A DNA stretch of 64,000 bases from Phyllosticta citribraziliensis. Its lineage: Eukaryota. The DNA is taken from assembly GCF_038025025.1 (NCBI RefSeq), contig NW_027117342.1, positions 1,984,001-2,048,000 of the forward strand, given 5' to 3'. A model generated the notes under the pieces. That model had not been told where the DNA came from. It searched no databases and saw only the letters and a list, made by a program, of their open reading frames with translations. Below, in pieces: positions 24,821 through 37,796 of the stretch (its first letter is position 1; each line of letters starts with the position of its first letter). The translations under genes were made by a program, and so were the position numbers.

Positions 24821-27346
24821 TTAGAGCTTGTATACGTCATTGCTTTTGATGGATCCCGCGGCAAACGGGCTCGATGCTCGCCGGTTGCTCAGCCTGCTGA
24901 CTGATCGCGGCGAGGTATCGTATGGGGACAACTGACCGTCACGCTCGTGGAGATGACGACCATTCTCTCCCTCCGACTTCTGATGCTGTTGTTGCTCGGG
25001 CTCTCCGAGTCGATTGGCCGCCGCAACATCAATGATGTGGTTGGCCTTGCCAAAGGGAGTCGAGGCCCTCCTGGAAAAGTTGCGATTGGCGCCTGGCCCG
25101 TCATAGTTTTCGCCTACAATCTCGGTCGAGACTGGTGGCGCGATGCGCACTTTTCTGTCCATCGAAGTCTTGGCTTTATGGTCGTCAACAAGGATCACTG
25201 TCCAGACCCCGACGTCGCCCTTTTGATTGAACAGTGGCGTGCAGTGGATCCAGCGTGGACGGCCTTCGTCGTGCGAACGCGAACTACTGATCCAGCGGAT
25301 CTTGGCCGTCACGCTGCGCTTGTCGGCAAGTGCGCCCTCCAATTCTCTTTGAACCTTCTCGCTGCCGCCAATGTGATCCATCAAAAGCGATTGAAGCATT
25401 CCTGGAACGCGGAGGCTAGGCGATGTGAAGAGAATTCGGAGGGTTGGATGTGGTCGGACCAGCAAATAGTGCTGATAGATGCCCGACAGCTTTCCATTGG
25501 ATCTGGCGGGTCCAAAAGGCTCCGACATCTTTGATAGAGTGGGACTTGGGTCTTTGAGAAGGAGCCTCGGGCGTTGACGAATTGATGCGGTGTCGTCCAG
25601 CTCATCAATGACCTCTTGATGCATACGGCCGCCATGTTTCCGAACGCAGTCGAGTTCAGCTTGATTGAACATTTCACTCAACTCCTGGAACTCATCCTTC
25701 TCTTCCAGTGGGGAGAGTGGAGTTTCTTTGCCTGAGACTTCGGCGTTTTCTTCCTCATCGATAACGCGCTTCAGAGCTGGAAGGTCGGTACAATCCCTGG
25801 CAAGACCGCTTACGTCGACTTGGGATCCTATGAAGTAGCGCACGTTGCCTTTGCTATCCAAAAGAGGTGCCATCATGAGTAGATTCAGGAATGTGGAACC
25901 ATCGCGACGGCTGTCCCATAATGTCAATATGATATCGCTAATACGATCATTGACAGAACTTACTAGTTCAATATCACCTCGTTGAGCTCTTTGCCTTCCT
26001 TGGTGGCTTGCCTCAACCTCTCGATGCTATGAGGATTGGTCCGAGGACCCTGCAGGAAGCGGCAGTTACGTCCAATGGCGTAGCTCACACCATATTGAGT
26101 GACACGATGAAACTCTGCAACTATTAGTACAACCAACCTGCAATATAGACGTGATGACGTACCTGATGAAGCAAAAATGATGGGATTGTCCTTCCTAGAC
26201 GGATCCGTGAGACAGAAAGTCTCTGCAAGTCCTTCGGAGGCCTCTCTGAGGTGGGGCGGCTGAGTGCCCGTTATCCGCATGTGAACGCTTGCATTCACAA
26301 CCTGGGTCCAAATATGCGTGACATAGGCGGGCAGGTCATCCTTGACTAGGGTTTCAAATGCAGCGTTGGCCTTGTCCTCCAAAACAGCATTGACTGTTGG
26401 CCGCGCAGGGTTGCGAGAAAATTCAAGACCGCTGAGTGGCTCCAGTGCTTCAGCCACGGCGTTTGCATAGTTGATAGCGCGCAATGCCTTGAGAGCATCT
26501 AGGTAGTAAACCAAAAGCGGGATTGATTCGGGGCGGGTGGCGCTCAAGAAGGAGATAAACTTTTGCAGCATCTCCGAATCCGCGAATATGGCCTCCAGGT
26601 GCTTCTTCGACATGATCAGTTCCGACCTCTTCTCTAGCGAGTACTCTTGATTCGATAGTCCTTCATCCTGAGGAGATACTAGGTCAAAGTTCCTCGGATC
26701 GTCTTCCATGACTGGCTCCAACTTGTCCGCTTCGCTCAGAGCCGTCCGTTCTTGGAGCGGGGGCAGCGTGCCAATTGACGAAGCTTGCGTCTCGTACGAA
26801 ATGACGGAATCAGCAGACATGGAGACGCGGTCGTGGTCTGGAGTGCTTGGCACAGTCGAGTTGCTTGATGGGGAATCCTTGGGTTCGTGCATCTCGGGTA
26901 CGCGATTTTCTGGGATTGGCATGCTGGAAAGGGTGGAACAAGACGGCGACTCTTTTGGCAACTTCTTGGACTTGAATATGAGATTCGCGAGTCGCTTGGG
27001 CTTATCTTTACTGCTGCCAGCCGCTGTCAGACCTGGTTGTCATCTGAGGCGAGCTGACTTACCTGGATCTCGCAGGCACGTTGAGCCCCGCCGAGCGATT
27101 CGGTTCGGGGGAACTCAGCCTCTTGGGGGTGACCGGAATGTCGGGCGGAAATGGAGCACATTCGTCGTCGGAGCCCATGGAGAAGGAGTTCGCCATGGTA
27201 TAATCCTGAGGAGGATCCTCGAGGTTCGTACCGTGGTCTTGGATGTTAGTGGCGGCAAAATCGTGGGCCATTGTTGCGGCGGTCAGAGGCGAACCCTCTG
27301 GTTTTATAGGCCACGCGGAATCTGCAATGTCGCCCGAAGTTGTCAT
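24821..27346 (-). CDS. RGS-LOV(-DUF) blue-light photoreceptor; exons 27346-27063, 27013-26163, 26114-25964, 25910-24821
   Basis: LOV core FCLTDPSRKDNPIIFAS-EF...GRNCRFLQG...LNYRRDGSTFLNLL...YFIGSQVDV; upstream RGS-like helical region (LQKFISFL...LLVYYLDALKALRAINYAN); C-terminal YLLVRP...ILFTSP...WIHCTPL domain. The start codon is tentative. Confidence 0.88.
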
Positions 27347-29438
27347 AGCCTCCCACAAAAAGCGAGACAATGACAAGTTTCAATCCTTCGCGGGAAACTA
27401 TGTTCGGCGATTATGGGGAGCGATCCTTTGCAAACACCCGATTAGGGCTGACGTTAAGAAGAGAGGATGTGCGAATTGAGTAAACAAAATGGGACGCGAC
27501 TGAGGTCGGTCAAAGAATTGTCCTGTAGACAAGCAGGCGGGATGGTTGGAGCAGTTGTATGCAAGGGCGGCGGCGAGAACGTGTTCGAGACACGGGCTGC
27601 AGGCAACCATATACGTCTGGATTCCAATTCGGCTCAGCTGCTGTTCCCTCGATGACGGTGGCTAGTTCGCAGGTGGTTACAATCGCGGGAACAATGAGAG
27701 GGTGGCGCAAGGCTACACGATCCGCTGCGAGTCGGTTCCAATAGAACGAGCCACAGCGTGGGCCTCTAGTCTCCGCGGCTGGTGTTGCGCAAGGTTTTGG
27801 TTTTCTTTCGGTGTACTTCCTTTTCTCGTCCCGGGGAGGATTCCAGACAATTGGGAATGAAAGGGGAGAGAAAATCCAGGTAGTAAGGCGGAACAACAGC
27901 GGTGCATATGAAGGCATGGAGACTGGGATGGCTCCGAGGAGGCGCGAAAACAGCCCAGGGAAGACCCAAGGCCGCGCAACAATGCACATCTGATTGCTTC
28001 TCCATGGCACGTCAAACACCGCCATGGCGGTTCGGGTCCTGCTGGCGTTTTGCGTGCGTCGGCCCGCTCAAGCGCCGCTGCTGATCCTGGTACCCCCTCT
28101 TCAACCCCTCACCCCTTGTACAAACAGAGATTAATCTTCGTCCTCGAGGGTCTTGCTACTTACGTGGCAGCCATCTGCCAGCATCTTCCTCGCCTTGGAC
28201 CAGGCTTATCATCATGTTCCGATTCGCCTTTCGAACATCATACAGAACTGACTGGAGACTCGGGCAGGTGTGATAGGGCCGGTAGAATTGTTGCAATGGT
28301 GGCATATTCCAATGCTTCTAACGCTTGTGGCTGTTGCGTCGTTCGCACGCTCTGGGCGTTTGTGCCAACTCCACCTGTCAATTATGAACCACATCTCCAG
28401 TAGCGGGCCCGTCGCGTTAGCTTCTGACTTACCGCTTAGCTACCTGCGGCTCATGCCGGTAGTGAATCTCGCAACCGCCGAGACTCATCGATCTCAACAC
28501 ATCTTTGGCTTAGCCTTTCGTCGATCAGGGTACTCATCCTTAATTTCTAAAGTCGTCCAGCCGCCTCTTACATCAATGATCCTTTTTGATCCGCATGATA
28601 TACCGCTCACGGGAATCAATCTATTCGAATTGTGCCGTTTACATCGCTGCAAAAACGCATCGTCTTGCCGTTTGCCGTAGTGGTAGCGCGGATTGAGTTG
28701 CTCGAAATCAGGATGAGACACAAACGAAAGGGTTCGGAAGTGGCAAAGCCTATTCGTATCGGGCGTACCCGCTCCATCTGCCGCATGCTGAGCCGAACAC
28801 TTCGCGGTCGATTCCGACGGATTCCAGAGTTGTAGCGTGTAGATTGGGTTGTGTACCGCGACGCGACCTCGTGGTGGTCGAAATCAACGGCACGCGAAAG
28901 CAACCGGCAACCCTACTGTAAAGGCGAATTTACCCGGAACCCTGTTCGCCCTTTGATCCAGGAACGCGAGGTTCGGACATGGGCAAGCGAGCATGCGGTC
29001 TGGCTACTTCCCAGCTACCGTTGACGCGGGCATACCCTACAACGGCTTGCATTGCTTTTGCAGCCGTAACAGGACACCTGCAGCATCTCCAACGCCCTTT
29101 TCTTTGCTTGTTTCGGCCCACTAGCCCAATTGAGCAGCACTTGCTTCTCGCAGTCTCATCATGCTTGTTTTTCTCGTCGCCTGTCTCCGAGTTTCTGCAG
29201 CTGTGTCCGACACGAGAGGTGCGCATCCGCGAATGTGTTTTAGGTCGACTGATCGAACGACGAATGAGATCCTGGCCCCCTCGCAAGTGCAGCATTTCAG
29301 TGTCTACATCTAGCATTGTCGGCGATGGTGAGGTATCAGTGTTGCCAAAAGAACCAGGTACATACTCGACTTTCACTTCACAAAAGCTGCAGGATCTGGT
29401 TTGTTGAAAGTATTCTTGTTGCCAGCATATCGCGTTCG

Positions 29439-30569
29439 CTAGACTTGTGAGTCGTTTGACGATCCGCTCGAGCGCCCGTCTTCAAGCAGTGGCCTGTGTT
29501 CTCCGTCTCTCTCGTCTCTTGCTTGTATCTCGATTACTTTGGTCGCATTGCGGTAAAGCGCATAGTGCTGAATCAAAAAGATGACGTCGAAGAGTATAGA
29601 GACGTTTCCAAGGCCGAATTTGACAGGATTTCCCGTAATGCCAGTCCAGTCTCCCCCGAGCGCTGAGTCGATGAAAAGCTGCAGATTGGAAAGAATGCCG
29701 CCAGAGATGTCAAGCAATATTGTGTCGATACTCCATCCCACGGTTGACTTGCGCTTGTAGTTGATCCAGGCTTGAGGGATATACTTGACGATAGTTACCA
29801 CGAGCTTGACGTAACCTAGGGCGTATATCTGGCATGCGTCAGCACCGGCAGACATTGCTGCGAGCCGCCACAGGGTCCAAGGCTTGGTCAAGACAGTCGT
29901 GACGCCCCAAGGCCAGGAGAGCTCCCCTTCTCTACCTCTGAAGTGTGCGAGTCCGGATACGCCCTCCTATTTGGGAAAGCCACCTTTTTTTGTAACCACC
30001 TCTCGAATCCCGTGCTTTACTTACCGTGTCAATCCACGCCCATCCACTGGGGTCGTTGCCGCCATCTTTCCCGCGAGTCAGCACGAGGAACACGATGACG
30101 GCCACGCCTAGCAAGTTGCCCCAAAAGATGCCCAGCGACGTGCGGCTTATCTTTTGATCCTTGCCCACCTCGAACCCCCACACCCAAAACTGAGTATAGA
30201 TTATGATGCACACTATGGCCGCGTGTAGAGCAAACACAAAGTCGTTTACACGAACAGTCGACTCTGGCGCAGAGGGATAGCGGTAGGCGTATTGGGCGCG
30301 AATAGTCGGCGAGAAGAGCATAGCGCCGGTGGACAGGGTGTAGGCCGCAAAACCAAGGACGTTCAGTGTGGGGAAATCGATGCCGAACCCACGAGTGGAC
30401 CTGCGGCGCCAGTTCAAGATGGGTTGAGGGTAGAAGGAGAGGGACCAGCATAAAAAGCTGAAGAGAAATCCATCAGCGTCAAGACGCGCGAAGCTTGAGA
30501 GAGACCATACTATGTCCAGCCCAAGACGCGCGACAAGGCCTGGGCCATCAAAGTCAGGTCGGTCGCCAT
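29439..30569 (-). CDS. ERS1: Cystinosin-like PQ-loop vacuolar/lysosomal transporter; exons 30569-30511, 30457-30025, 29828-29439
   Basis: [70 protein letters not shown]; canonical introns 30458-30510 and 29829-30024. Confidence 0.92.
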
Positions 30570-31243
30570 GGCTGCGAAGGAGGCGGCTGGAAGGGTTGGA
30601 GGCTGAGGATGTCGTTGGAGTTATGCCATGATAGCAGGGGCTGAGCTGATGATAACTGCTCCCCACCCAAGACGCAATCACGCCTCAAAGACCATCAGCA
30701 GACGACGGGATGGCATCATTCCGGGGCACGTGATGATTGACGCGACTTGATGGAGACGTGAGAGGCGACCTGAGCTGGACGTGTGAGCAGGCGCACAGGA
30801 AAAGGGAATAGCTCACTCACCTTGAAGCTAAGGTATAGCTCTGGGCGGTGCACGACCTGACCGCGGCCGGCAACGGCAACGGGCGTGGGACTGAGGAAGA
30901 TCTCGGACCCAGCCCAGCACCAGGAAGCGTGGGGAAGACCTGCCGCTCGGACCACTCTTCTTGGCACACCGGCAGAAGTACAACTTCACTCCTACCACGA
31001 TTCAGCTGTTGGACGCGCCAGCAGCCCTCACATCGAGCACAGCACAATCCGCGTCCAGATTCCGCTTGTCTGCACCTCCAACAACCCCTCGACACATGTC
31101 TTTCGCCCAAATCCGCCTCTCAACGCGCTTGCGCAGCCGGTAGCTTGGCATCGTCCGTCCACTCCTTGCGCCTCCACCCGCGCAACTTGGTTGGGACCTC
31201 ATCGCGCCAAACGCGAGCAAACAACGTCGTCAAACGAGCAACC

Positions 31244-34200
31244 ATGGCCGTTCCATCAGAGACCCCCAGCAGGCGCAACCAACGCGGCCCTGGTCGGCCG
31301 CCGCGCGCCAACGACCCGTCTACTACGCCAGCCGCGCAGGCCTCTGTTCCGCCCAAGAGACCCAAATACATACCTGGAGGGCCTGGTGGAGGAGGTCGCT
31401 ACATTGACCCCGACACTGGCGAGGAAATACCCAAGGAGATTGCTATTCCAATGCTCAAGGCCGCAGGGAAGAGGCACAGCGCTCCGCGACCACGTCCCAC
31501 CCGCACCCCAGCCACCATCACACGCAAAACCTCCATCGACTTGGCCTCCCCCTCGAGGACATATACACGCTCGCGGCGGGACAGGCCCGTAGCTGGTCCA
31601 CGCTCAAGCTCTGCCTCGGCCGCAGCAGCAGCAGTGGCTCAAAACGATGGATACAAGCCTCGAGAGGAGCGGGGTTGGGAGGAATTTCACCCAGATCTTG
31701 ACATCGAAGCGCCATTCATCGTGTTTGCGGCAACAGACGTGGATGGAATCACCCCTCCACCGACGAAACCTGTTACCCCATCTGCCAGTGTTGACCACAC
31801 CGACCGTCCGATGTCGGCAGGCGACGATGCGGGCTTCGCCAACGGAGCTGCGGCATCCAGAGCAGACGAGACGGCTGTACTTGATCCCGAAGAGGAGGTT
31901 GTGCATACAACGACTTCCATCATACTGCCCAACACCCCAGCGACCGTGAAGAGGCGTCCTGGAAGACCACCAAGACGTCCAGGTTCCATGCTGACTGGAC
32001 TTGGCTCACCGCCGGCCCCAAGGATTGAGCCGCTGCCAACAAAAGACAAGCGCGAGAAGCTTAGCCTCCCGAAGCCCAATTATCGGACGATCGACACTTT
32101 CTCGCACTACGAGCAAGATCCCTCGGCCCAGATAAATTATGTCGATCGCACGATGGCTAGCGTCGGGTACCAGGAGAGTGACATGTTCTTGCGTCCTGAG
32201 AAGCGCTTGATTCGCATGGTGGATGGATATCTGGAGGATGACCTGGACCTTGCCCTGGCTGTGGAAGGCGAAGGGCATGGGCATCCTGTCGGCCGGGTCG
32301 AATATGACATGGATGAGCAAGACGACCGCTGGCTGGAAGCCTACAACGGGCAAAGACGAGAAGAGCAGGTGGAGGCTGTAAAACCTGCCATTTTCGAAAT
32401 AACAATGACGCAGATTGAGAAGGAGTGGCACGCCCTGGAGAAAAGTAAGTTTGTCGCAAGTCGGCTGCGGTGGATCGTTACTAACTCGGCTGTGTCCCAG
32501 GAATCCCCAAGCCAAATCCGAAGCCCCCACAAACCCACCGTCCCAGATCAAGCTCCGCGGCGGCCGTCAATGGGGAAACAGCTGGAACAGGCGAAGAGCA
32601 AGACACAAAATGCTCCGTGTGCGACGACGGCGACTGTGAAAACACCAATGCGATCGTCTTTTGCGACGGCTGTGACCTGGCAGTCCATCAGGAGTGCTAC
32701 GGCGTTCCTTTCATACCTGAAGGTCAATGGCTTTGCCGAAAATGCCAGCTGATCGGCCGAGGAACACCCGTGAGTGACCTCATGCTCGGGTTCATCTCGT
32801 GTAGTACTTTGCTAATTGATCATGGTCAGACGTGCATATTTTGCCCTAACGTCGACGGCGCCTTCAAACAGACGACGAATCAGAGGTGGTCGCATTTGCT
32901 CTGCGCGATATGGATCCCGGAAGTATCCTTGGGCAACACTACCTTCATGGAGCCAGTCATGGACGTGGAAAAGGTTCCCAAGCAAAGATGGAAACTCGTA
33001 AGTCGTCGCCAACTGCATTCTTGATTGCCAAGACTGACAATCTGCAGCAATGCTACATCTGTGAGCAGAAAATGGGAGCATGCATCCAATGTGGAAACAA
33101 GAATTGTTACTCAGCCTTCCACGTCACCTGCGCTAGAAGGGCAAAGCTGTTCCTTCGTATGAAGTCGGCCCACGGCGGTCCAGCCAGCATCGACGCCAGT
33201 GTTCTCAAAGCATTCTGCCACAGACACGTTCCCAGCGACTGGAGGCGTGAGAACGATGTCGAGAACGCCACCCGCGACGCCATGCACTTCTACAGGCAAA
33301 CCATGAAAGGGAGACGTTGGACCGAAAACCAAAAATCCGGGGTAGCAAATCACTCCGCTGCTGCTGTGGGCTTCTATGATGACGACGATGAATCGACACA
33401 AGTTCCCGGCAGCAACAAGAGAAAACGCGCCCAGTCTACCAAAAACGTTTGGAGACTGCCCTCTGGTGCTCCCATCGTACCACACGTCGTGTTTGACAAG
33501 GTGGAGAATTCCATGGTTCGGTTCAACGTTCGGAAACGAAAGGAATACGTCGCAGAGGCCTGCAAGTACTGGACTCTCAAACGGGAAGCTCGCCGGGGTG
33601 CTGCCCTTCTGAAGAGGCTGCAGTTACAGATGGAGACGTTCTCGTCGATGGAAATCACCAGACGCAATTTCGTGGGCATGGGTGCCGCTGGTCGACCAAG
33701 ACTCCATCGGCGGATTGAATTTGCAGAGCTGCTGGAGAAGGAGATGGAGAAGGTCAAAAACCTTTGTCGGGATGTCAAGCTGCGAGAGTCTATGAGGCTG
33801 GAGGACGTTTCTCTTCTTAAGATGATCGTGGACACAGTCTACTTTCCCCTCGCACCGCTGCTTTGGCCAATTTTGGAAAAGGCCCAAAGGTTGGTTGAGC
33901 TTCAAACCTTGGGCGACATGAGCTAACACAAAGCAGTCTTGACTCGAAGGGTGTCTTCAAAGAGGGCCTCGATGCTGTAGAACGCAAGCTCGATGACCGG
34001 TTCTATACTTCTGTCTCCACCTTTTCCGCCGACATTGGCGCTGTCTTCCGCTCCGTGGCAGGGTTGGACACCATCACTGATGCTCGAGAAGCGCATGAGC
34101 AGCTCAATGACGGTGGTCCCGCGCACAGCCTCCTCACTCCAGAGCAGAAGGACAAGAAGAAGCTCGCAAAGCGAATCGTCAAGGCAATTCATGGCCCTCT

Positions 34201-35026
34201 TGAGGACGCGACTCGCAAAGAGGGTCAGCTCGCCGGTAAGCCTTTTGAAAAGGAACTGCAAGAGCTAGAGGCTTTGTTAGCAAGCAGCGTACCCTCTCGA
34301 CCAGAGTCGGCATTGGCTGCTGTCGATGACGGTAGTGACGATGAGGCAGACAATCCCGACGACACGCAAGACGTCAAAATGACCGACGCGCCAGTCGAGG
34401 GCCAAGAAGATGGCGACACGCATATGAACGGCCTCCCTCGTGGACCGAATGGCGTCGATCAAGGTGCCGAAGCAGCAGGACAGACAAAAGACGAGGCCAA
34501 TCTTGATGGCAACTCGGATGATGCAGCCATCAAATTGCAGCTACACTCCGGAGAACAGACAGTGGCAACAGGGACTGCCAAAGAGGAGCCGGGGACGGCA
34601 GCGGAGACAGTGATGGAAAGGCAGGGTAGTGTTGGCACAGCTCCGGCCCTCTCCCTTTCTGGCAGCACGCACCCGTCCACTTCACACCCTGATCCGCTGA
34701 CACCCCCAAGATCAGAGGGCGACCTCTTAGCACCGTTGGCTCAAGGCGGCATCCCGTGGTACATGCAAAGTTTCGACCCATCCGGCACGACGATCCACGA
34801 GGAACGATGGCTTGGTCGCGAAGTCGTCCGGAGCATGAGCGAGGAATTGAGCGAGATCGGTGACGATGTGCTCGACGAGATGCAGTGCATGGTGGACGAG
34901 GACATGGGCGAAGCGGAGGCTGAAGACAACGCGACTGGGGAAGATGCAGAGGAGGCCGCAATGAAGGCCAAGAAAGCGCAAGCGCGGCAGCGGGCGCGCA
35001 GAAGGGCCCGTAACAATTACTGGTGA
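31244..35026 (+). CDS. NTO1: NuA3 histone acetyltransferase subunit Nto1 (BRPF-like EPL1-PHD-Zn knuckle-PHD); introns 32445-32500, 32770-32829, 32998-33047, 33890-33936
   Basis: VEYDMDEQD, CSVCDDGDCENTNAIVFCDGCDLAVHQECYG, GQWLCRKC, CIFCPN..GAFKQT, HLLCAIWIPE, GACIQC..FHVTCA, CKYWTLKRE. Confidence 0.93.
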
Positions 35027-35682
35027 AGCCCTCTTTCGTCTGGGATGGTATCTTTCGCTGGCTGGCTGGCTGGCGTTCCGGAGGTGGATCATGACGCGCT
35101 GTATACCATTGTTTTGTGCGCACTTGATGTTTAGTCTGGCCTCTTTTTCACAATCATCGGCAGGGCCAGAGGCGTTTCACAGGGCGTTGGGTGGACCGGC
35201 GGTGATGGCTCATCATTAACTTAGCTACCTATGGGCAACCTGAAGAATAATAATGAATTCAAAATTGAACGAGTGGCGTGCAGTTGGAGGGAGCGCAGCG
35301 GTCGTTGGCAGACGCGTCGCGGTGATTGGCTGGGGGCCGACAGCGAGTTGGCGCTCACACGCGCTGACGCCGCCGCCGCCGCCTTCGTTTCCCACAGGTC
35401 CAGTCGTTCGTGTCCTTGGACTCACTCACTCCCCATTCACACTCCCATCGTCACCTTTTCACCACCTGGCCAGCGCGTCGCGACCAGTCCTCAATTGTCT
35501 TCACTTCGCTTCGGTTCCGGCTCTGGCTCTTGGTTGCAGCTGCGCACGCTCCTCATAAGGACTAGCGCCCGCCGCCCGTCTCTCGTCGCAACCTTGTTTG
35601 CCTGGTGCCGTTTTCAGCTTCTGCTCACCTCCCCCAAATCTCAATCCTCCCCCCTCCGACTTCTCCATATCTCTTTCGCACC

Positions 35683-36809
35683 ATGTCAACCATGGAATAC
35701 GAGACTGAGCCACGTGGCTACGACGGTACCTCTCTACCAGCCGCTTGAACAGCCCCGACAACTGCCAGCAGCACCTCTGACCCATGGATCCAACAGACGA
35801 GCCTCGCGTCTACGACCGTGAGCGCAGCCGCTCCCCTCGCATCGACCGCCGCGACGATGACCTTCGTGATCGCAGCGCCTCGCCTGGCGCGCGCGACCGC
35901 ATGGTTGACCGGTATTTTCTGCGCGCCTCACCTAGCTCGACCTTGACCCAAGCTGACACTTTTTGTTGCAGTGGCCCGCCTGCTGACCACAAGCAACGCG
36001 GAGGCGATGAAGACGACGAAGGAGCCATCAACCCTGGCTCCAACCTCTTCGTCACCGGCATCCACCCCAGCCTCTCAGAAGACGAGATCACCCGTCTCTT
36101 TGAAAAGTATGGCGACGTCGAGAAGTGCAACATCATGCGCGATCCCCACTCCAAGGAATCTCGTGGCTTCGGTTTCGTGAAGATGGTTACACCTGAGCAG
36201 GCCGACGCGGCCAAGGAGGGTCTCCAGGGCGAGGTCATTGAGGGCCGCACTCTCAGCATCGAGAAGGCCCGCCGCGCCCGTCCCAGGACGCCCACGCCGG
36301 GCAAATACTATGGACCTCCCAAGCGCGGTATGACCCCAACGTCCCGTTCGCTGCCGTTCAGCTCAAACAAGCCGTACATGCTGACCCATACCCCAGAGCT
36401 CCGTGGTGGCCGTGGAGGCCGCTTCTCGGACCGCTACGACGACAGGCGCGGCGGATACGGCCGTCGCGGCGGCGGCGACGACTACTACTCCTCCCGTGGC
36501 GGTGCCCGCTACGGCGGTGGAGGCGACTACTACGACCGTGGCTACTCTGGAGGCTCTGGCCGTGACTACTACGAGCGTAGCAACATGGGTCGCCGCGACC
36601 GTGACTATGGCCCGCCTCGCGGTGTCGACCGCTACGCGTCTGGAGGAGGAGGAGGACGTGACGACCGCTATGGACGCGATGATCGCCGCGGTGGCCCGCG
36701 CTACCACGACCGCGAAGGTGCCTACGGTGCTCCTGCCGAGGAGTCGTACACTGGCGGTGGAAGCAGGGCTTACGACGACCGTGGTGACGATGGCTACTCT
36801 CGCTGGTGA
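35683..36809 (+). CDS. Single-RRM, RD/RG-rich RNA-binding protein (Tra2/SR-like); introns 35726-35796, 35912-35971, 36328-36396
   Basis: NPGSNLFVTGI (RNP2), SRGFGFVKM (RNP1), ARRARPRTPTPGKYYG; RSRSP N-terminus and RGG/RDY tail. The start may be 35683 or 35692. Confidence 0.9.
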
Positions 36810-37796
36810 AAACGCTTTTACTGATTCTGCTAGATACCATGCGCGAGTAGAGCAGCTGAAGACTCGGCGTCTGACGACCAAACGCTCTGCTCCCTCGAAC
36901 GGCTCGGAGCCCATCACGATTGCTGCGTCTTCATCTTCTTGCTGCTGTCTTACTTGCGTCCGGCCCTTTTGCTCCTTTTCCTCCCGACGTCAATCAGTCT
37001 ACGGCAAGCTCTTGGTCGATTTCCTCTATGGCCACGGCAGTTACAGTTTCAAAAGCATTGAGCTTCTCAGATCGAACTCTATCACAGCAGCTAGGACGAA
37101 GGGACCCCCATCATGGTTATGGTATGACTCGGATTAGCGGAAAACGTCGCCAAATGCCAACCTCTGAAGGTCTCAGATCGGTGGATTTCCTTTGACAGAG
37201 AACGGCTACGGCTACGTGCGGCAAACTCAAAATCTGCTTTTAATCGAATGGTGACGAAAAACAAAAAAACAAATTCTGGATCTTCTCCTCTCGCCTGGAG
37301 CAGCTCTCTTCTCCCGACTTCAAAACACTCAGTATCTGTACTATTACTTCCCCTTCATCACGACATTGGCGATGCTCGACAAGAAATGCTCGTAATCCAC
37401 TAAGCAACGTGTTGCGTGCAATGGCGCCTGCGGAGCTTCGCCACCACTGGGCGACAAGTTACCTGGTCGTGCATCACCCTCAAAGCACGAACGCCCCTAC
37501 CGGCCGTCGACTCATCCTCCCGCTTGGACGACCAGGCCTTGTGCAAAACTCTCAATAGAGTTTCGACGAGATACTCAGCTCACTTTACCTCGGGCGACAT
37601 GCCGCCTCTCCCTATCGTAACTCCCGTAGACAACAATTCGCGCCCAGATGATGCAGCTGCAGTATTCCGGCCCAAACGGTGACTACGAGACAACTCAGCG
37701 ACCAATGCAGCTTTGCGCCAAGTGCAACACGACATCCAGTGACGACATTCCGTAGGACTTGTTCAAAACACAGGCATCCAGATCGTTCACGCCATC

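Noticed and set aside
6189..27346. G-gamma and RGS-LOV as a G-protein signalling cluster
   Set aside because: About 18 kb apart with unrelated genes between them; no evidence of functional linkage
27400..29400. Short ORFs between RGS-LOV and cystinosin
   Set aside because: No recognisable domain or convincing exon structure
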